DNA of 64,000 nucleotides from Macrostomum lignano (taxonomy: Eukaryota). This document shows, one piece after another, positions 61,840 to 64,000 of this stretch. The stretch covers positions 140,595 to 204,594 of the forward strand of contig NIVC01002100.1 of assembly GCA_002269645.1 (NCBI GenBank), in the 5' to 3' direction. Positions within the stretch are counted from its first letter, which is position 1; each line of letters opens with the position of its first letter. Made by a program: the position numbers and the translations under genes. The notes below the pieces were generated by a model. That model saw nothing but the letters and a program-made list of their open reading frames with translations, made no database searches and was not told the DNA's origin.

Positions 61840-64000
61840 GTTTGATATGGTGGCTCTTTTATGTTTGACATAGTGGCTCTTCTATGTTTGACATGGTGGC
61901 TCTTCTATGTTTGACATGGTGGCTCTTTTATGTTTGACATGGTGGCTCTTTTATGTTTGACATGGTGCTCTTTTATGTTTGACATGGTGGCTCTTTTTAT
62001 GTTTGACATGGTGGCTCTTTTATGTTTGACATAGTGGCTCTTCTATGTTTGACATGGTGGCTTTTTTATGTTTGACATAGTGGCTCTTCTATGTTTGACA
62101 TGGTGGCTTTTTTAGGTTTGACATGGTGGCTCTTTTATGTTTGACATGTTGGCTTTTTAATGTTCGACATGTTGGCTTTTTAATGTTCGACATGGTGGCT
62201 CTTTAATGTTCGACATGGTGGCTTTTTAATGTTCGACATGGTGGCTCTTTTAGGTTTGAAATGGTGGCTCCTTAATTTTCGAAATGGTGGCTCTTTTATG
62301 TTCGACATGGTGGCTCTTTAATGTTCGACATGGTGGCTCTTTAATGTTCTTAATGGTGTCTGTTTTATGTTTGACATGGTGGCTCTTTATTGTTCGACAT
62401 GGTGGCTCTTTAATTTTAACATGGTAACTCTTTTATGTTTGATATGGTGGCACTTTAATGTTCGACATGGTGGCTCTTTAATGTTTGATAAGGTGGCTTT
62501 TAATGTTCGACATGGTGGCTTTTTAATGTTTGACATGGTGGCTCTTTAATGTTCTTTAATGGTGGCTCTTTAATGTTCGACATGGTGGCTCTTTAATTTT
62601 TAACATGGTGACTCTTTTATGTTCGATATGGTGGCTCTTTTATGTTTGACATAGTGGCTCCTTTAGGTTTGAAATGGTGGCTCTTAAATGTTTAACATTG
62701 TGGCTCTTTAATTTTCGAAATGGTGGCTCCTTAATTTTCGAAATGGTGGCTCTTTTATGTTTGACATGGTGGCTCTTTAATGTTCGACATGGTGGCTCTT
62801 TAATGTTCGACATGGTGGCTCTTTAATGTTCTTAATGGTGTCTGTTTTTTAAGTGTTCGACATGGTGGCTCTTTTATGTTTCACATGGTGCTCTTTAATG
62901 TTCGACATGGTGGTTCCTTTAGGTTTGAAATTTTGGCTCTTTAATTGTTTGACATTGTGGCTCTTTAATGTTTGACATGGTGGCTTTTAATGTTCGACAT
63001 GGTGGCTCTTTTAGGTTTGAAACGTGGCTCTTTAATGTTTGACATGGTGGCTCTTGTATGTTCGACATGGTGGCTCCTTTAGGTTTGAAATGGTGGCTCT
63101 TTAATGTTTGACATGGTGGCTTCTTAATGTTTTGACATGGTGGTCTTTTAGGTTTGAAATGGTGGCTCTTTAATATTTGACATGGTGGCTTTTTAATGTT
63201 TGACATGGTGGCTCTTTTAGATTTGAAATGGTGGGTGTTTAATGCTTGACAATGTGGCTCTTTAATGTTTGACATGGCTGCTCTTTAATGTTCGATATGG
63301 TGGCTCTTTAATGTTTGACATGGTAACTCTTTTATGTTTGATATGGTGGCTCTTTTATGTTCAACATGGTGGCTCTTTAATGTTTGACATGGTTGGCTTT
63401 TGAATGTTCGACATGGTGGCTCTTTAATGTTTGACATGGTGGCTCTTTAGGTTTGAAATGGTGCTCTTTAATGTTCTACATGGTAACTCTTTTATGTTTG
63501 ATACGGTGGCTTTTTAATGTCTGACATGTTGTCTCTTTTATGTTTGACATGGTGGCTCTTTAATGTTTGACATGGTAACTCTTTTATGATTTGATATGGT
63601 GGCTCTTTTATGTTCGACATGGTGGCTCTTTAATGTTCGACATGGGGCTCCTTTAGGTTTGAAATGGTGGCTCTTTAATGTTTGACATTGTGGCCTTTTA
63701 TGTTCGACATGGTGGCTCTTTAAATGTTTTGACATGGTGGTCTTTTAATGTTTCACATGGTGGCTCTTTAATATTTGACATAAAGTCACATATATGTTTG
63801 ACATGTGGCTCCAAATGTTTGACATGGTGGCTCTTTATGTTTGACATAGTGGCTCTTTTATGTTCGACATGGTGGATCTTTTTTGTTCTACATGGTAACT
63901 CTTTTTATGTTTGATACGGTGGCTTTTTAATGTCTGACATGTTGGCTCTTTTATGTTTGACATGGTGGCTCTTTAATGTTCGACAAAGTGGCTCTTTTAT
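61840..64000. repeat. Diverged 22/23-bp satellite array (runs off the window)
   Basis: Unit atgtttgacatggtggctctttt with many variants. Confidence 0.94.

Larger units (their letters stand above)
61101..64000 (-). mobile_element. 3' part of Helitron-like element 3 (runs off the window)
   Basis: ctagcaatcttcgcccccgatggggga at 61101 closely matches the 3' end of element 1 (ctagcaatctacgccccccgttgggga) and abuts the 5' TC of element 2. Confidence 0.65.

Overview
Eukaryotic (metazoan) genomic DNA with GT-AG introns and TTAGGG-type repeats. The GC-rich codons, short introns and abundant minisatellites suggest a flatworm such as Macrostomum (inference, not verified). 1-25 kb: two convergent full-size ABCA lipid-exporter paralogs. 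The + copy starts before the window; the - copy is complete (20 exons, 2272 aa by my splice reconstruction). They share intron positions and contain near-identical inverted tracts, including about 1.55 kb spanning three introns, that flank their different C-terminal tails. 25-33.9 kb: a transposon graveyard with two decayed THAP/P-like transposases, MITEs with 8-bp TSDs, tRNA-derived fragments, minisatellites, and an unknown frameshifted ORF next to a palindrome cluster. 33.9-64 kb: three head-to-tail non-autonomous Helitron-like elements on the - strand (5'-TC, 3'-hairpin-CTAG). They carry interstitial telomeric repeats, tRNA-like Pol III units and satellite arrays, including a ~20.7-kb 22/23-bp array whose proto-monomer is visible inside the element body. 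No CRISPR array, rRNA or intact tRNA gene was found.
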